Origin: Octopus vulgaris
Lineage: Eukaryota
Assembly: GCA_951406725.2 (NCBI GenBank)
Contig: OX597821.1
Location: forward strand, 118,358,001-118,422,000
Direction: 5' to 3'
DNA length: 64,000 bases
Both the position numbers and the translations under genes were made by a program. How positions within the stretch are numbered: the stretch's first letter is position 1; every line of letters starts with the position of its first letter. The notes below the pieces were generated by a model. It was not told the DNA's origin, made no database searches, and saw only the letters and a program-made list of their open reading frames with translations. Below are positions 11,045-25,387 of the stretch, one piece after another.

Positions 11045-13222
11045 TTACAGTATTATTATTAATAGGCGCTCAGGAAATGGAAGCAGGGAGGTATGACGTT
11101 TCGAGCGGAGCTCTTCGTCGGAAACATAAAGAAGGAAGAGAGAGGAAAGAAAGATCCCGGAGCGGGCAACGGAGATAGAGAAAAAAACGGCTGGTGTTAG
11201 CAGAAGCACATGGTGAAAGGCGGATGTTTACGATAACAAGAGCAAAGTGGGTTTTTAAAGGCAAAAGAGTGGAGACAAGGTTGGTAACGCAACAGATGTG
11301 TGTGTATGTGTGAGTGTGTGCGTGTGCGTGTGTGTATGTGTGTGTGTGAGGCGAGGTAAAAAAACAAAAAATATATGTATGTGTTAGTGTGTGCGTCTGT
11401 GTGTAGGCGTGTGAGGTAGGGCGAGACGGTGGTCAGCATAGCAGCAGCATAGCAGACAAAGGTCAGTAGTGAGAAAAGGGAGGAAGGAGGAAGGGAGGGA
11501 GGGGAAGGGGTGGGGGCGTATGTAGCGTGCCAGCGTGTGTTGAGTAGTAGTGTGTGTGTGTGTCCAGTGTCGTGGTAGTATTAGTGGCGAGTAGATTGAA
11601 TGTGTGTAAGAGTGATGTATATGTTTAAGCAATGTGTGTATATGTGTGCGCGTGTGTGTAACGAAAAAAAAGGGGGGGGGGGTTTAGGAAAAGGACTCCA
11701 GCGGAGGGGAAGATGGAGGAGTGGTCCCGCGGAGACGGGCGTGGGAAAACCCAACGACAAGCGACATCCCAGGAACGGGCGGGAGGTCTCGTCGGATCCA
11801 AGGGCGAGGTGCATGCGGGCGCATGCGTGCGCGAACCGGCGCAAACGCGTGTGTGCGCGAGCCTGCGAGTGTGCGCGTACGTATGTGTGCGTGTGGATGT
11901 GTGAGTGTGTCTGTGTGTATGTCTGGGTGGCAGTGTGTCCGATGAATGTATGTGAGTATGTGTGTATATATGTGTGTGCATAGATGTATGTCCGTGTGTG
12001 TGTGTGTGTGTGTATGTGTGTATGAGTGTGTATGTATGTACGTGTGGGTGTGGGGAAGTGTGTGTATGTGCATGTGTGTGCGCGAACATACAGGTGTGTG
12101 AGTGAGTGCGTGTGTGTGTATGTATGTGTGAGTGTGTATGTATGTGTGTGTAGGATGCATGTATGTGTATGGGTGTATGTATGCGTGTGTGTATGTATGT
12201 ATGTGTACGTGCGTGTGTGTGTGTGTATGCGTGTAGGTGTGCGCGTGTGCATGCGTGCATGTATGTGCATATGTGTGTGTGTGTGCATGTGTGTGGGTAT
12301 ATATGTGTGTGCGTATATGTGTGTGTATGTGCGTACATGTGTGTGTGTGTGCATGTGTGTGTGTAGGTGTGTAGGCGTGTGTGTATAGGTGTATGTATGT
12401 AAGTATGTATGGGTGTGTCCGTGTATGTGTGTATGTATGTGTGTGTATGTAGCTGTGTGGGCGTGTGTATATGTGTGTGTATGTAGGTGTGTAGGCGTGT
12501 GTATATAGGTGTATGTATGTATGTCTGGGTGTGTCCGTGCATGTTTGTGTGTGTGTGTGTGTGCATGTGTATGTAGGTGTGTGTGTACGTGTGTAATGTA
12601 TGTGTGTATGCGTGTGTATGCGTGCGTGTGTGTATGTAGGTGCGTGTGTATGTGTGTGGGAGTGTAGGTGTGTGTGTGCGTGTGCGTGTTTATGTTGGTG
12701 TGTGCGTATGTGAGTGTGAGTGTATGAGTGTTTGTCATGCATGTGTGTGCGCGTGCAGGTGAGTGTGTGTGTAAGTATGTGTGTGTGTATGTTTGTGTGA
12801 GTGTGTATGTGTGTATGTCTGTGTGTATGTATGTGCGTATAGGAGTATGTAGGTATGTGTGTGTGTATGTATATGGGTGTATGTATGTGTGTGTGTGTGC
12901 ATGTGTATAAGTATATGCGTGTGTGCGTATGTGTGTGTATGTGTATGTGTGTGTGTTTATGTATGTGTGTATGTATGTGTGTAGGCGTGAGTGTGTAGAT
13001 GTATCTATGTATGGGTGTGTGTCAGTGTGTGTTTGTGTGTGTGTAGGTAGATGTGTGTGTCTGAGTGAGGGTATGGCTGTGTAGGTGTGTGTGTGTATGA
13101 ATGTAAGTGTGTGCGTATACAAGTGTAATGTATGTATGTGGGTGTGTGTGTGTGTGTATGTGTACGTGTGCGTGTGTATGTGTGTGTGTGTATGCGTGTG
13201 AGTGTGGGTGTATGGGTGTATG

Positions 13223-13225
<3 letters not shown>
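11045..13225 (-). repeat. Probable PLE 3' region: long degenerate CA/TG tract, GC-rich core and terminal hammerhead-like motif
   Basis: About 1.3 kb of cryptic TG repeat (11880-13225), GC-rich block 11690-11880, hammerhead-like motif at 11091-11127. Confidence 0.55.
11091..11127 (-). ncRNA. Minimal PLE-type hammerhead-like motif
   Basis: Minus strand CCGACGAA-GAGC-TCC-GCTC-GAAACGTC. U4 is changed to C and stem I is weak. Confidence 0.5.
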
Positions 13226-13281
<56 letters not shown>

Positions 13282-13410
13282 AGGAGGAAAATAAGGCTGT
13301 AAACACCCAATCTTTCACTGACTCCATGTTAAATACCGAATACTTATAGATTAAATCCTTACAAATCACATGGGTATATATTAAATTTATAAAAAGGAAT
13401 AGAAAATAGA

Positions 13411-13469
13411 GATATACAATTGTTTCGATACTTACCCATAATAAAATTAAAATAATCTCTTCAGTGTAA
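13411..13469 (-). ncRNA. Degenerate hammerhead ribozyme
   Basis: Minus strand CTGAAGA-GAT...ATC-GAAACAATTGTA. Same palindromic stem III as 54689-54700; stem I is eroded. Confidence 0.55.
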
Positions 13470-14732
13470 TTTTTGATATATAAGGATTCACAGAGCCAAG
13501 AAAAGACTGAATTTAAATATATTTATGTTATCTAATGTGAACGTCAATAAATAAAAACAAAAGCAAGCATAAAGAAGATAATAAATAAAATATGAAAATA
13601 AAAATATAACGGTCATAAAATATACTTGTATACTATTAAGTATTTTAATCTAAATATATCTTAACGCATTAGAATTTTAAAATACAAGGAACAATATTTT
13701 TAAAATATTTTTTTTTTAATATTTAAAATACTATAGGGAAATGATAATTATCCCTTCCATTCTTTCATTTTATTAAAAAATACGGGTTATTATAATAATA
13801 ATACTCTATTCATCTACGGGTAAACAGTAAAATAATATATAAGGATATATAGAGAGAAATAAGAAGAACACGAATGTATAAGCATATATATATTTATGTA
13901 TTTGCAAAACAAATCAACATGGACTACAAAAGAATCCCTAGAAAACTAAGGGAAGAAGCCATATTATTTGAAGTCCCACACTTAAATACACATACACACA
14001 CACACACATACATACATACATACATACATACATACATACATACATACATACATACATGCAATAATAATTGGCTCTTTTCGTCTATGCAGACGGTCAATTT
14101 AGCTTAGAGGTCACTTAATCGAACATATCAGGGGCTCCCCTTCTTGCATCTTCTTTCATGGCTGCTTCTTCCTATGATTGAAGCACAGCTTCTGTCACAT
14201 TACTTGCATACCAAGAGGGTAACTCGGCGCGCGGCATTTCTGTTGTTTTTCTTTCGCCGCTGACGCTTCTCAACTTGGTTGTTTCTGTAGCTGCTCCGAT
14301 ACATGCGTATATTCTGATACATATATATGTACATATATACTTGGATATATATTCAGATCAATAATGCATCCATAAAATAAAAGTAAAATATAGAATAAAT
14401 TTATAATTATAATTATAAGTATTAGAAATTTAAATCCTGCAAACTATTTAAAATAATTATAGCTAATATAGAATTATAATATATTGTGATGGAAATTAAA
14501 TAACGGTTGTTATAAGATTAATTTACTCACAATATACTTTTAGAGTAATAAATCTTTAGCATCATATTACTTAATAAATTATTGATTATGAATAAATAAT
14601 TCTAAATAATTCACTAAATAATAGTAATCATACATATACATACAATTATACAAATGTATGTGTGTGTGTATATACATACACATATACACACATATATACA
14701 TACACACTTTATACATGCTTATACGTATATAT

Positions 14733-15180
14733 TCAGGGCTTGGACAAAATAATGGAAACACCTAGCATCTTAGATTCATAATTCTGAAATATCTATAAAA
14801 CCGTCAAAAATTTGTTTATTTTAATGTTTATTTTATTTATTGTTAGTGTTGTTTAATATGCTTTGCTAAAATTGTAGTTTCTTTTCAGATATCATCAGGA
14901 AAAAGGACTACCTCGAGAACCCAGTTTCCACGAAAACTGTTCTCCAGGAGCTGCACAACGCCAGGTTTCACGTGCGGGCTGCAATCAGAAAACCATTGTT
15001 TTCAAAAACAAACGTTGCAAAGCGTTTAGAGTGGAGTAAAAACCTACAGAATTGGTCCCTAGAGCAGTGGAAGAATTACTTTCTCGGACGAGTCATCCTT
15101 TACCTTATGTCTGACCACCGGCTAAGTATACGTGTGGAGACAGTCAACAGAAGCATTTGACCCAGACTGCCTTCTTCCAA
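14733..15180 (+). mobile_element. Tc1-like transposon remnant
   Basis: TIR-like CAGGGCTTGGACAAAATAATGGAAACAC; translation RAAIRKPLFSKTNVAKRLEWSK...WK..FSDES. Confidence 0.75.
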
Positions 15181-15389
15181 ATAATCAATTCAATTTAATT
15201 ATATTTTCTAAACGCATATTTTGAAGGGTGCTAGGACAATTCGCCCCCAATTATTTCGTCTCTGCTTAATTTGTCCCCGGTCAATTCATCATTGACGAAT
15301 TCATCCCCAGGTCAATTCGTCCTAATATATACTTAAATGTGATTTTCGATGGTAAGTTAAGAACAATCACACTTTTTTAAGCACCGAGG

Positions 15390-16155
15390 CCCTGTCGAGA
15401 AACATAGATGTTTCTTCCTTTTTTAAGCACCGAGGCCGTTTCGAGAAACATGGATGTTTCTTCCTTATGTCCCAATATTGACCACAATGAAGGGGCAGAA
15501 GCATGCATGGATGCCTTCAAAAGCGGTCAAACAAAATTATTCCCTCAAATTTTCTATGTAGATTATTGAGGCTTGTGTTAGAAAGTAACACAATGAAGTT
15601 TAGACAAAGCGTTTACCAACACACGAAGGGTTGCGCCATGGGTACCCCATGGCATTTAATTTCGTTAATGTCTTCATGACGAAATTCGAGACACAGTTAC
15701 TGAAGACATTCAAATACCTTCATGGTCATGAACCAATACTCTGGTTACGGTTCATTGACAACGTATTTTTTGTCTGGGAAGGATCACAGGATAGTTTAAT
15801 GGACTTCTTGCATTTCTGTGACTGTTATGCTAGAAATTGTGGCTTTAAGTCCAACTTAAAATTTACATCTAGTTTTTCAAAAACTAGCGTTGAATTTTTG
15901 TACACAAAAGTCAAGTTTTCTGGAGGCTGAATGGTGACAGAGTTATTGTGCAAAAGTGTTGCATGAAAGTTACCAGCATGTGGCAAAAAAATCTCGTTTC
16001 AAGCAGATATTTCCTCAGCCGCCTATTGTAGCCTTTAGACGGCATAAGAATGTAAGAGAATTATTGACTTCTATTTCTGACTCCAAGAAAACAAACATTG
16101 GAGTATATACACGTTTTACTTTGAAAAACAGTCGCAAGAGAGGTAAGCCCTGTTC
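15390..16155 (+). mobile_element. Decayed Penelope-like (Neptune-type) RT fragment
   Basis: MDVSSLCPNIDH, G.AMGTPMA.NF.N.FM, WLRFIDNVFFVW and FPQPPIVAFRR in broken frames. Confidence 0.8.
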
Positions 16156-18519
16156 ATTGTAGAACAAGATGAGTCAAATGAATTCCATCAGGAATCATAA
16201 CAGAAATGTTATGATGTGTACAGAAGTGCGTGTGTGCGTGTGTGTGTATAATGAAAAAATTGTAATAAATTAACATACGAACGTATACTAGATACACAGA
16301 TAAACAGGAAACAGAGGAGGTAACCGACTCCACTTCAGTTATCGCCAGTGTGTCAAGCGCAATTTCGGCCATTATTGATAATATTGCTTCCAAGGGCTCG
16401 GAGTTACTTCATAATGTTAGCAGATGCAGTTTATTAAAAATTTGCATCACTTTCTCTCCTCTAATATTTTGGCTTTATGTAAGCTGAGTAAGTTTTCTCC
16501 TTACCACACACGCACGCAAGCGCAAGCACACACACATTTATGTATTTATACTAGATCATTTTTGTTCTCGAATGATTGCGACCACCCCAGTGTGATTAAA
16601 AGTGGACTGGACATTAATGTTAAACAGACAACTGTCGAGTGGTCAGAAGTTCGTGTTGGTAGCCGTTCACTGAGAGCTTTCGGTATAGAGCTTTGAGTCT
16701 CGTGTAATAGTAGTGCGTTGTGTATATACTTTCTCCCCCTGCTTCGTTATATTGCATATGCAAAAGCAGTATATAAAAGTGTCGACGAGTTGTTTGAAGT
16801 TTGCGCTGGAGGTTTAAAATTTTTTTCTTTTTGGTACGAAACCAAAGAAAAAATCGTTTAACATTGATCCCTTATTGGCCTCCGTGATGTAGTTACAACA
16901 GCTACTACCGTCAAAGCAAAATGTGCATACAATTTTCGTCCAAGGACTGTTTTATAGATATACGTAATTATTACCGACTATTCAACGTCATTTATAATGT
17001 TGTCTATTTCATTTCTTTGAGTTGTTAGTGATTCCATTTAATAAATGTATCTGATTAAAAAAATTCCAATATTCTATTGTTTAAATAGAATATCTTTGGA
17101 GTAAGCCATAAGATATTTTTGAAAATTAAAACCTGTCCACGTACAATTTAACCTCATTTGAAACCGTATCATAAAATTGGCCACTTCAAGGACACTGCAA
17201 ATAACACATGCATTAACAACCAGTAATGTATTGTTCGAAATTAAAACACCAGAGTTATCTACGAAGTATTGTAAGCAACATGCTAAATTTACATATCACA
17301 ATTATTCTGTTGCATTTGGGGTTTTTTTGTTCAATTGTTAGAGCGGATAAGAACTAGTGCAGCAGGAAAATCTTGTTCTAAATCATAAATCAGAACTGTG
17401 CATAGTCCTTCAACATATAATTAGAAACATGATTAAAATACTAAACATTTAATTAACATTTAATTAACATTACTTATATGATTAACCTGATTGTAATAAA
17501 TTTCCATAATCAATTTAACAGGATAAATGAGGAGGGAGAGTATATGCCACGCGTAGGAGAGTGTGACATGGGAACATGTAAGATGATTTTGCTACTAGAT
17601 TTAGACATCTCTATAGTCAGCAAGAAACACAGGCAATCTCTTGGCCTTACCACACATCATCCAGAGGAACAGCGACGAACTGGTAGATGGGGTGTGAGAG
17701 GTCATTCCACCAACGCAAGATGAAAAATATGTAATAAAAGACTCAGCAAAACAACAGTCCAGGGATCGAAATGACGATCTTATAATGTTTAGATTAACAT
17801 ACCAACCAACATGCCATGCTCCTACACGAGCTCTATGTAAACAGGAAAATTATTACTTATAAAATACATTTGCTTCTCACTCACTCAGCATCTCTCTTTG
17901 TATCTGTGCCTATACGTGTTAGACTGTCGTCTTAAATGTACTCACAAGTGCTCAGTATGTGTGTTGATACGCACTGTGTGTTGTATTTCATTAGAAAACT
18001 ATTCAATTGCGATGAAAACTAGAGAATGAATGAGTGAAGGATAAGTGTAAAAGAATCGTGGTAGCAGAGCTTGTGAGATGTGAAGAAGAAGAGGGAAAGA
18101 GAGAAAATTCGAGAGAAAAGTAACGAAACGTTTGACAAACATTGTTTGAGGATTATTTGTTGAGACGAAGTGGGTACACAAAACATCCGAAGATGTGTAT
18201 GTTAAGCCAAAATTCATATAGAAGGGCACTAAACATCTCAGCATAATCTAAGTTTCCGTTGGAATTGTAATCTCAAATGCGACTTCAATATCGTATGTGA
18301 TTCGTGTAATCTTTGAAGCTTCATTTTGGATTGCTTCATCTTGTTGATGATAATCGTCTCACACTCGGCCTGGTTGTTCTGATTTACTTTCATCATTGCA
18401 AGTGCGTGGATGTCTATCGCCATAAGACTATATAAAATAGAGAAGGGATCAAGAAATGAAATGATAGTGAGATACCCCTAACCCTAACCTTAAGAAAAAC
18501 TTATACAACACTTTTGCAG

Positions 18520-18732
18520 TGAGGAGATGGTGAAAAGTTCCTGGTTTTAAGTGTATCGCGAAAGGCCTGGTTGCAATCCCAACCTTCCCAGTTCTTTTAC
18601 AGGACTTAGAAAAACTTAAGGACTGCTGCAACGAGAGTGTGAATCTGAGAGCGGAATGTATTGAATAAAATCAGAATTAACTGATCCTACTGTATTTTCT
18701 TTTACCAAAAGCCAGGAACTTTTCAGTACCTC
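18520..18732. mobile_element. Mariner-derived MITE remnant
   Basis: Imperfect TIRs GAGGAGATGGTGAAAAGTTCCTGG and CCAGGAACTTTTCAGTACCTC. Confidence 0.55.
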
Positions 18733-19127
18733 TTTGTGTTGTCCCGGTTACCATAGTAGGTTCCAGTGACAAGCATTAAAACATGACTGGAACTAACTGA
18801 CTACAAGTGTTATGTCAGAGTATATTCTAGAAAAGCTGCCTTCTCCACGGTAGCCTTTTCCGTCCCAGGTAAATATAACATTTAGATATGACCCCGACAG
18901 ATATTATCATACCGGGTCAGAATGAACCTGGGAGTAATGATACTTAAGGGTTGATTTCATGCTCCCCACTCTGCCAGAACTACCGAACTTGATCTTCACA
19001 ACATGATGAAGTTTAATTTCATATCCAGAACGCACTACTATGACAGAGTACCAAGTGTAATTGCAGGCGTGAAACCAATCTGGTAACTTTCTGATCGTTT
19101 ATAACCAACCGTATACTACTCGACCAC

Positions 19128-19179
<52 letters not shown>

Positions 19180-19650
19180 AGTTTTGACTTGCTTTGACTC
19201 TTATTTCTAGCATGCACGTACTATTTTTGTACCCTGATTTTTTAAATTTAAAATTTTTCCTATATGGATGTATGCATGTTGCCACATATCACTATTATTA
19301 TTTATTTATTTATTAATAATAAGATCTTCTTGTATTTTATAATTGTTATTCTTCCCGATCGATTTTGAAGTTGCCACGGCATTCAAACGGTTATTATACA
19401 CACATGGTGAGATGGATAATTCTGGCCTTCTATACGGTGTTATTGCACTGACGAGTACTAAATGATTGTTATTATCATAAAGCATGAAATCACGTGATAT
19501 GGATAGATTTGCAATTCTTTTGCAATTTTTAAATTGTAAAATGTTAAGTTGGTTTAATTTTCTCATTTCCTCGCTTTCACCCTGTGTACATATGTGACAA
19601 ATGTGGTTTTGGCCCTTATTTCTAGCATGCAAATCCGATTTATGTATATA

Positions 19651-21157
19651 CTAGCAGCATAGCCCAGCGTTGCCCAGGTATGTAAGAGCCCCTAGTAGGC
19701 AACGACTAATCCCGATCTAGTCCTTTCCCTCTAGGGAACGAAGGCGCATGTGTAGGTTGCAATGTCTTCTCTTCACTCGAATACTTCTGTGTATACGATG
19801 TTCCTAGCTGTCCCTTTGGGTGAAAACATTAAAACATCATTGCGCCTCCCAACACGTGAACAGCCCACGTAGAGTTGACCGTGGGCGAAGCACTGTTCGC
19901 CCAAATGTAACCCAGCAACTTATAGCGTTTGGCCTTGGGATTTAAGCTTTTTGCGAGAGGCGCAAGGCGGTTTCCTCGTGGGTCTTGCGTGCTCTTCAAG
20001 CCCTAGTAGCCGATGCCTTGGTCGTCTGAGGGCTGAGGAGGGTCCTTCTCTTCTTGGATGGCATTTTGGTGGATAGCAATGTGTTTGGCAAAGGTGTAAT
20101 ATAAAGGAACACGTGGAGTAAGTATTTTGGTGGAAACAATGAGTTTGGCAAAGGTGTAATAAAAAGGAACACGTGGGGTAAGTATCCCAAAATGTATAAA
20201 AATGTACCAAAACGGCAAAAAAGCGGGCAGCAATGTGAGTGACAACAACGAAAAGTGAAAAGTGACCAAACTGAACAAACGAATGGAAAAGGTTTTTTGG
20301 TGCACACGACAAAAGCGGCTTATAATAAACCAATAGTTTGCAAGTAGCGTCCGAGGGCCCTTAGGGTACGTCAAAAATTTAAGGTAAAACGTTTGGGGTG
20401 GTAGTTATAAAGAAAGTCTAAACAAAAAATGGATTCGAATAACTTGCGGCTGCAGCAGCTATTAGCAGAAGTGGAGATGTTGGGGGTAAATTCTCGAATG
20501 TAATTTTTTCCTGATAGGAATTGGTTGGGTTGAATCATCGATAGCTGTTTGATATTTATTTGAGAGTGTAAGAGAGTTAAAAAGGTCGAGTTGTGTCCCC
20601 TAGACAGTCTGTGGTTTGTGTTTAATACACAAATCGGTTTGCTATGTGTGCCACATATGATTTAATTAACCGATTTTTCCAGTAATAAAGTATCCTATTG
20701 GAATAAAAAGGGACATATAGCTCCTTGGAGCAGACATGATGCTCGCTGTGAATTTAAAAAAAATTCCTGCCAATTTGTGAAAGATATTGTCGAAAATATG
20801 TCATCTTGAATTTGAACGCGATTTCCCAAAATGGCATGATTTTATCGATTTTTTCTGATGGTAAGGTATTGCATGGAAAACTAACGTCAGAATTAAGTTT
20901 ATTAGGGTAACATTAAGCTTCACCATGAGTTTGGTGAAAATCGATTGCAAGTTACGAAAACTACAACAGAAAATGTGTTGCATATAAAAAGCTTAGATTC
21001 TCGACCCCATGTCGAATTTATCGATTTTTTTCAGAACTGGGGGAACTTTTCAAAATTTTCGCTGCGTTAGTTTTGAATTATGACATTGGGCTATGTGTGT
21101 GTCAGGGTAAGGGTACAACATGACAGACAGACAAACTGCCGTTTATATATAGAGAGA
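19651..21157 (-). mobile_element. Internally deleted Helitron
   Basis: 5' A|TC start, 3' hairpin CTGGGCAACGCTGGG and CTAG|T end. Retains the Pif1 helicase C-terminus KSQGQTL*VAGLHLGEQCFAHGQLYVGCSRV...NIVYTEVF (about 19777-19945) joined to an N-terminal stub. Confidence 0.9.
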
Positions 21158-21269
21158 TGTATGTACATAGGTACATACATTGATACATACACATATTCAA
21201 TCACACACACACATGCATAGACCCCCACACACATATATATCTATCAACTGTGTATATATGCATACAGAC

Positions 21270-21630
21270 ACACACTTTGAAGGCTATGCCTTTGCAATCC
21301 GGGAACAGGAGATTGCCACAAAGTACCTGGTGAACAAGAGAGACAGTGGATGCTCTTGTGATACTAAGTTGCAACCGCGTGTTTATGTCAGGTTTCTGTG
21401 GGAGACATCACGCATGTGATTAGCAGCTGTCCTTAAATTTCGTCACGGTACTACCTCCCTATGCGATACGATGTTGTTGCTAAATCTATTTACAATGCCA
21501 TTCGCAAAAAAGACTGTTCTGAAATAAACCTTAGAAAATCCCTCTGTTATGGAATACTCATAAACACCAACCCACGGAATACTGGTGGAATATTTCCATC
21601 AAAACTTCTGTCAAATGTGAATATAACAGA
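21270..21630 (+). mobile_element. R4/Dong-type LINE fragment (zinc knuckle region)
   Basis: EGYAFAIREQEIATKYL and MRYDVVAKSIY. Homologous to 59650-59860. Confidence 0.7.
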
Positions 21631-22830
21631 AAATGAAGAAAACACTATATTTAGAAAAGTGGTCATTGCATTTTAATGGTAAACGTATTGAGGACTAAGT
21701 ATATTCAAGTGCTAGTTTTAGAGAATGAACAGATAAAATTAAGTTAGAAGCACTCCAATAACCAAAGGGAAAAGTCGATGCTCTTGTGAAAGGAATAACA
21801 AGTGTTTTAGATGAATACAATTTATGAAACTATATAAAGATGATTGCCGCTGATACAACGAGTGTGACCACTGGAAAAAGAAATGGCATTGTCACTCAGT
21901 TGGAAAGACTGTTTGCTCAAAAGGATTTGATAGAGTTCTTCGTGTTGTAATGGATAACAAACTTGGTAAAATAAGTCATCTCCCAAGTAATTAGGAGAAA
22001 CACCAGGCTAATTTCAACAATGGTGAAGAAAAGATTACTGAATCAGCAGGATGGCGAGATGACATGAAAGATGGAATTCTCGAACAATACTAGCTCTTTT
22101 GGCATTTCTCTAACAGAAACAATAGCTTTGTTTCTCAATGTTTGTCGATTCATCTGTTATAGCTGGGCAGATTTTTGGTTTAGTGAGCAAATGTTCAATG
22201 CACATGATTATCAGAATTTATGTGGTAGAATGCATTGAACTGGGTAAAAAAAACCTATTGGAGTCGAGAACTATCAAAACTGGAAATTCCTAGAACAAAT
22301 CAGAATGCAGAACGGGCAATTAAGTGCCTTCAAGATCTTTATGATGTTTGTAAAAAGAAGGAGAAACTTCAGCTTCGATTCATTTTATCTAACAAAACAT
22401 TAATTATTTGTTTAAAAATTTGCTAACATTCAGCACTCTTTTTCTTATACACTTATTCAAAATTGAAATTAAACCTATAAAGTTAAAAATATGCATTGCT
22501 TTTAATTTTATATGTTATCGAATACTTGTAGTGGCCTCTGAACATTTGCATAGAGAAATTTTAATACAGTAATCTTTAAAATGTAGAGATACACTTTTAT
22601 TCCACATTTCCCTTATATTTACAAGGATTTAGGCAATGGAAATACTGAAGTGTGAATCTAGTGCCACCCTGTGATTATAGTTTAAAAAGCCGATAACTCT
22701 GAAATTGCACCTAGAAAGCTTAAATTTCATATATACTATTTCTGCATTGCACTGAGTCAGCACACCAAGTTTGGTAAAAACTTGAGCAGGCATTATGAAC
22801 CCCGCTAGAATTTTGCATGATTTGGGTCAA
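21630..22830 (+). mobile_element. Decayed DDE DNA-transposase remnant, superfamily unassigned
   Basis: Fragments ADTTSVTTGKRNG and IPRTNQNAERAIKCLQD with many breaks. Confidence 0.55.
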
Positions 22831-23009
22831 AAGTGGTGATCAATTCCTCAAGTTAGTTTCCTGATATTTATGTAATTGTTTATCGAATTAACTGACAGAT
22901 CAATACAAACTAGAATCCCCGATTTAGTAGTGGTAGATAAAGAGAATAGAAAATGCCAAATAATTGACTTCATAGTGAAAAGGTCAAAATGAGAAGTATA
23001 GAAAAAAAA

Positions 23010-23408
23010 AGTAATATACCAGGCTCTTACCACTGAATTAGAGAGGCTATTGAAAGTGAGGCTAAAATGTATCCCAGTAGTTATAGGTGCATTGGGATCT
23101 GTCCCTAGATGTCTGAACAGATGGATAGAGGAAATAGGCGTAAAATCTAGTTTAGAACAGCTTCAGAAAACAATGTTATTAGAGACAACTAGGATATTTA
23201 GGAGGCTTCTTGACATCTAAGTTTACTTGTTGTAGCCCTATGTTAGGAATTTATTCCTTTCTAACAGTCTAGTTTGTCCTGTGCAAATCAGCATTGCTTG
23301 CAACATCAAGAATTCTTCGTAGACCAGTAAAAAAGTGTCTCCTTTGTCTGCTGGCTGTGGACAGATGGCACTTTCCATCTTACCCAGGAAACTAAGCTGT
23401 GAGTTTTC
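23010..23408 (+). mobile_element. R4/Dong LINE 3' end followed by (TAA)n
   Basis: IPVVIGALGSVP...LEQLQKTMLLETTRIFRRLLDI*, then a TAA microsatellite, the known Dong target. Confidence 0.75.
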
Positions 23409-23412
23409 ATAA

Positions 23413-23486
<74 letters not shown>

Positions 23487-23491
23487 TAACG

Positions 23492-23560
<69 letters not shown>
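23409..23560. repeat. (TAA)n microsatellite
   Basis: Direct observation. Confidence 0.98.
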
Positions 23561-23561
23561 T

Positions 23562-23782
23562 ATTTCTTTACTACCCACAAGGGGCTAAACACAGAGTGGA
23601 CAAACAAGGACAGACAAACGGATTAAGTTGATTACATCGACCCCAGTGTGTAACTTGTACTTAATTTATCGACCCCTGAAGGATGAAAGGCAAAGTCGAC
23701 CTCAGCGGAATTTGAACCCAGAACGTAACGGCAGACGAAATACTGCTACGCATTTCGCCCGGCGTGCAAACGTTTCTGCCAG
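23562..23782 (-). mobile_element. SINE, same family as 4422-4655
   Basis: Reverse complement of the 4422-4655 sequence. Confidence 0.85.
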
Positions 23783-24535
23783 TTAATAACAACAACATTA
23801 ACGTATACTAAGAAACTCTCTTTACAAAACAAACTTGTTCCAATAACGTCGGTGCAATGAAAGGAAAATTTCAGAATACGCGGGAAAAGTTCTCTTAAAG
23901 CATAGGAGCTAATAAATCGGGAAGACTTTTGTTATATTAAGTGTAGTTTCTTTCTTAAATGCGCGATATCTCAATACGACAACCGCGAGAAGTCGAAACC
24001 AGCAACAAGAACACTGGAAAAACACAATTTACACAGTATGTACGTAAACTGAATAATTATCTTTACATGCAGCTGCCCATGCATCCATGTGCACATGTTA
24101 ATATTGATAACCAGCACAAACAATGTATACACAACACAAACTGACACATACAGGAAATAAAAGAATAGCGCGTCACTCGAGCGACGCCGAACCAAACAAA
24201 ATCAAATCGAATGCCACAAACGAATGAAAAGAACAAATTAGTTACTTAGTTCAAACGATCACTAAACAGCTATGCCAGGAAAACTGCTACCAAACGAATA
24301 GAGGCGATTTTCGATATATTAGTCTATATATGACAAATATATCCATTCGAAGAAGAAGGAAGCGATGTCGTGTCAATAAGTCAACCATGCACAAACAGAT
24401 CACTTCAATGCTTTAATGACAAGCCAAAACTCATTCCAGATCGGTCATCGATTGGGACAACAAGGACCGCGTCACCCAGAGGAGAATCAGTCAGATTGGG
24501 GTCAAAAAGTTTGCTACTGGAACAAACACTCAATA

Positions 24536-24630
<95 letters not shown>

Positions 24631-24631
24631 G

Positions 24632-24671
<40 letters not shown>

Positions 24672-24785
24672 CAGATGAATATGGTACTTAAGTTAAAGGC
24701 ACCAGAAGTTGGTATGGTATTATCCATGTAAATCAAATGGGGTGATTATAATCAATATATATGCAACAAGGATATCCAAAGTTAG

Positions 24786-24873
24786 TGTAGTACACTCGTT
24801 TCATGCTACTTCATTTAATTAAAAAATGTAAGTATTACATCAGTTTTAAAATGCAGAGCAATCTTCAGCCACA
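24786..24873 (-). ncRNA. Hammerhead ribozyme within a pLTR-like fragment (24668-25020)
   Basis: Minus strand TGTGG-CTGAAGA-TTGCT...AGCAT-GAAACGAGTGTA-CTACA. Flanks are homologous to 54600-54820. Confidence 0.7.
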
Positions 24874-25027
24874 TATGGAATTTTAAAAATTAAAATGACA
24901 ATGTCCATTTTTATAATTATCCCATTTGCCATCATTACAAAGTGGGTAGATATATAGACAGAGAGGTGAATTTCATCAATAAAAACATGCCAGTAGGAGA
25001 TCTTAAATCATGGGCAGATTATATATG

Positions 25028-25093
<66 letters not shown>

Positions 25094-25094
25094 C

Positions 25095-25387
25095 AATCAC
25101 GTGATCATGTGATCGACCAGACCATCAGATGTTGTTACACATCGCTGGTCACAATGCGTTCGCATTGTTTTAGCCTTCGCATAACGCCACCCCGCTGGCT
25201 AAGCGAGCAGGCCAACAGAAGAAAGAGTGAGAGAAAGAGTGGTGAAAGAGTACACCAAGGTTCACCACCCCTGCCGGAGCGTTTAGGTGTTTTCGCTCAA
25301 TAAACACTTACAACGCCCGGTCTGGGAATCGAAACCGCGATCCTGCGACCGCGAGTCCGCTGCCCTAACCACTAGGCTATTGCGCCT

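Noticed and set aside
11581-13122. 513-aa His/Thr-rich ORF and the many HT/CV/YI-repeat ORFs elsewhere
   Set aside because: Translations of CA/TG/TA simple sequence, which lacks stop codons in several frames on both strands.
14095-14300. GC-richer island that might be an exon
   Set aside because: Frames checked contain stops, with no convincing splice pair or recognisable homology.
23306-23626. Poly-Tyr and poly-Ile ORFs
   Set aside because: Translation of the (TAA)n microsatellite.
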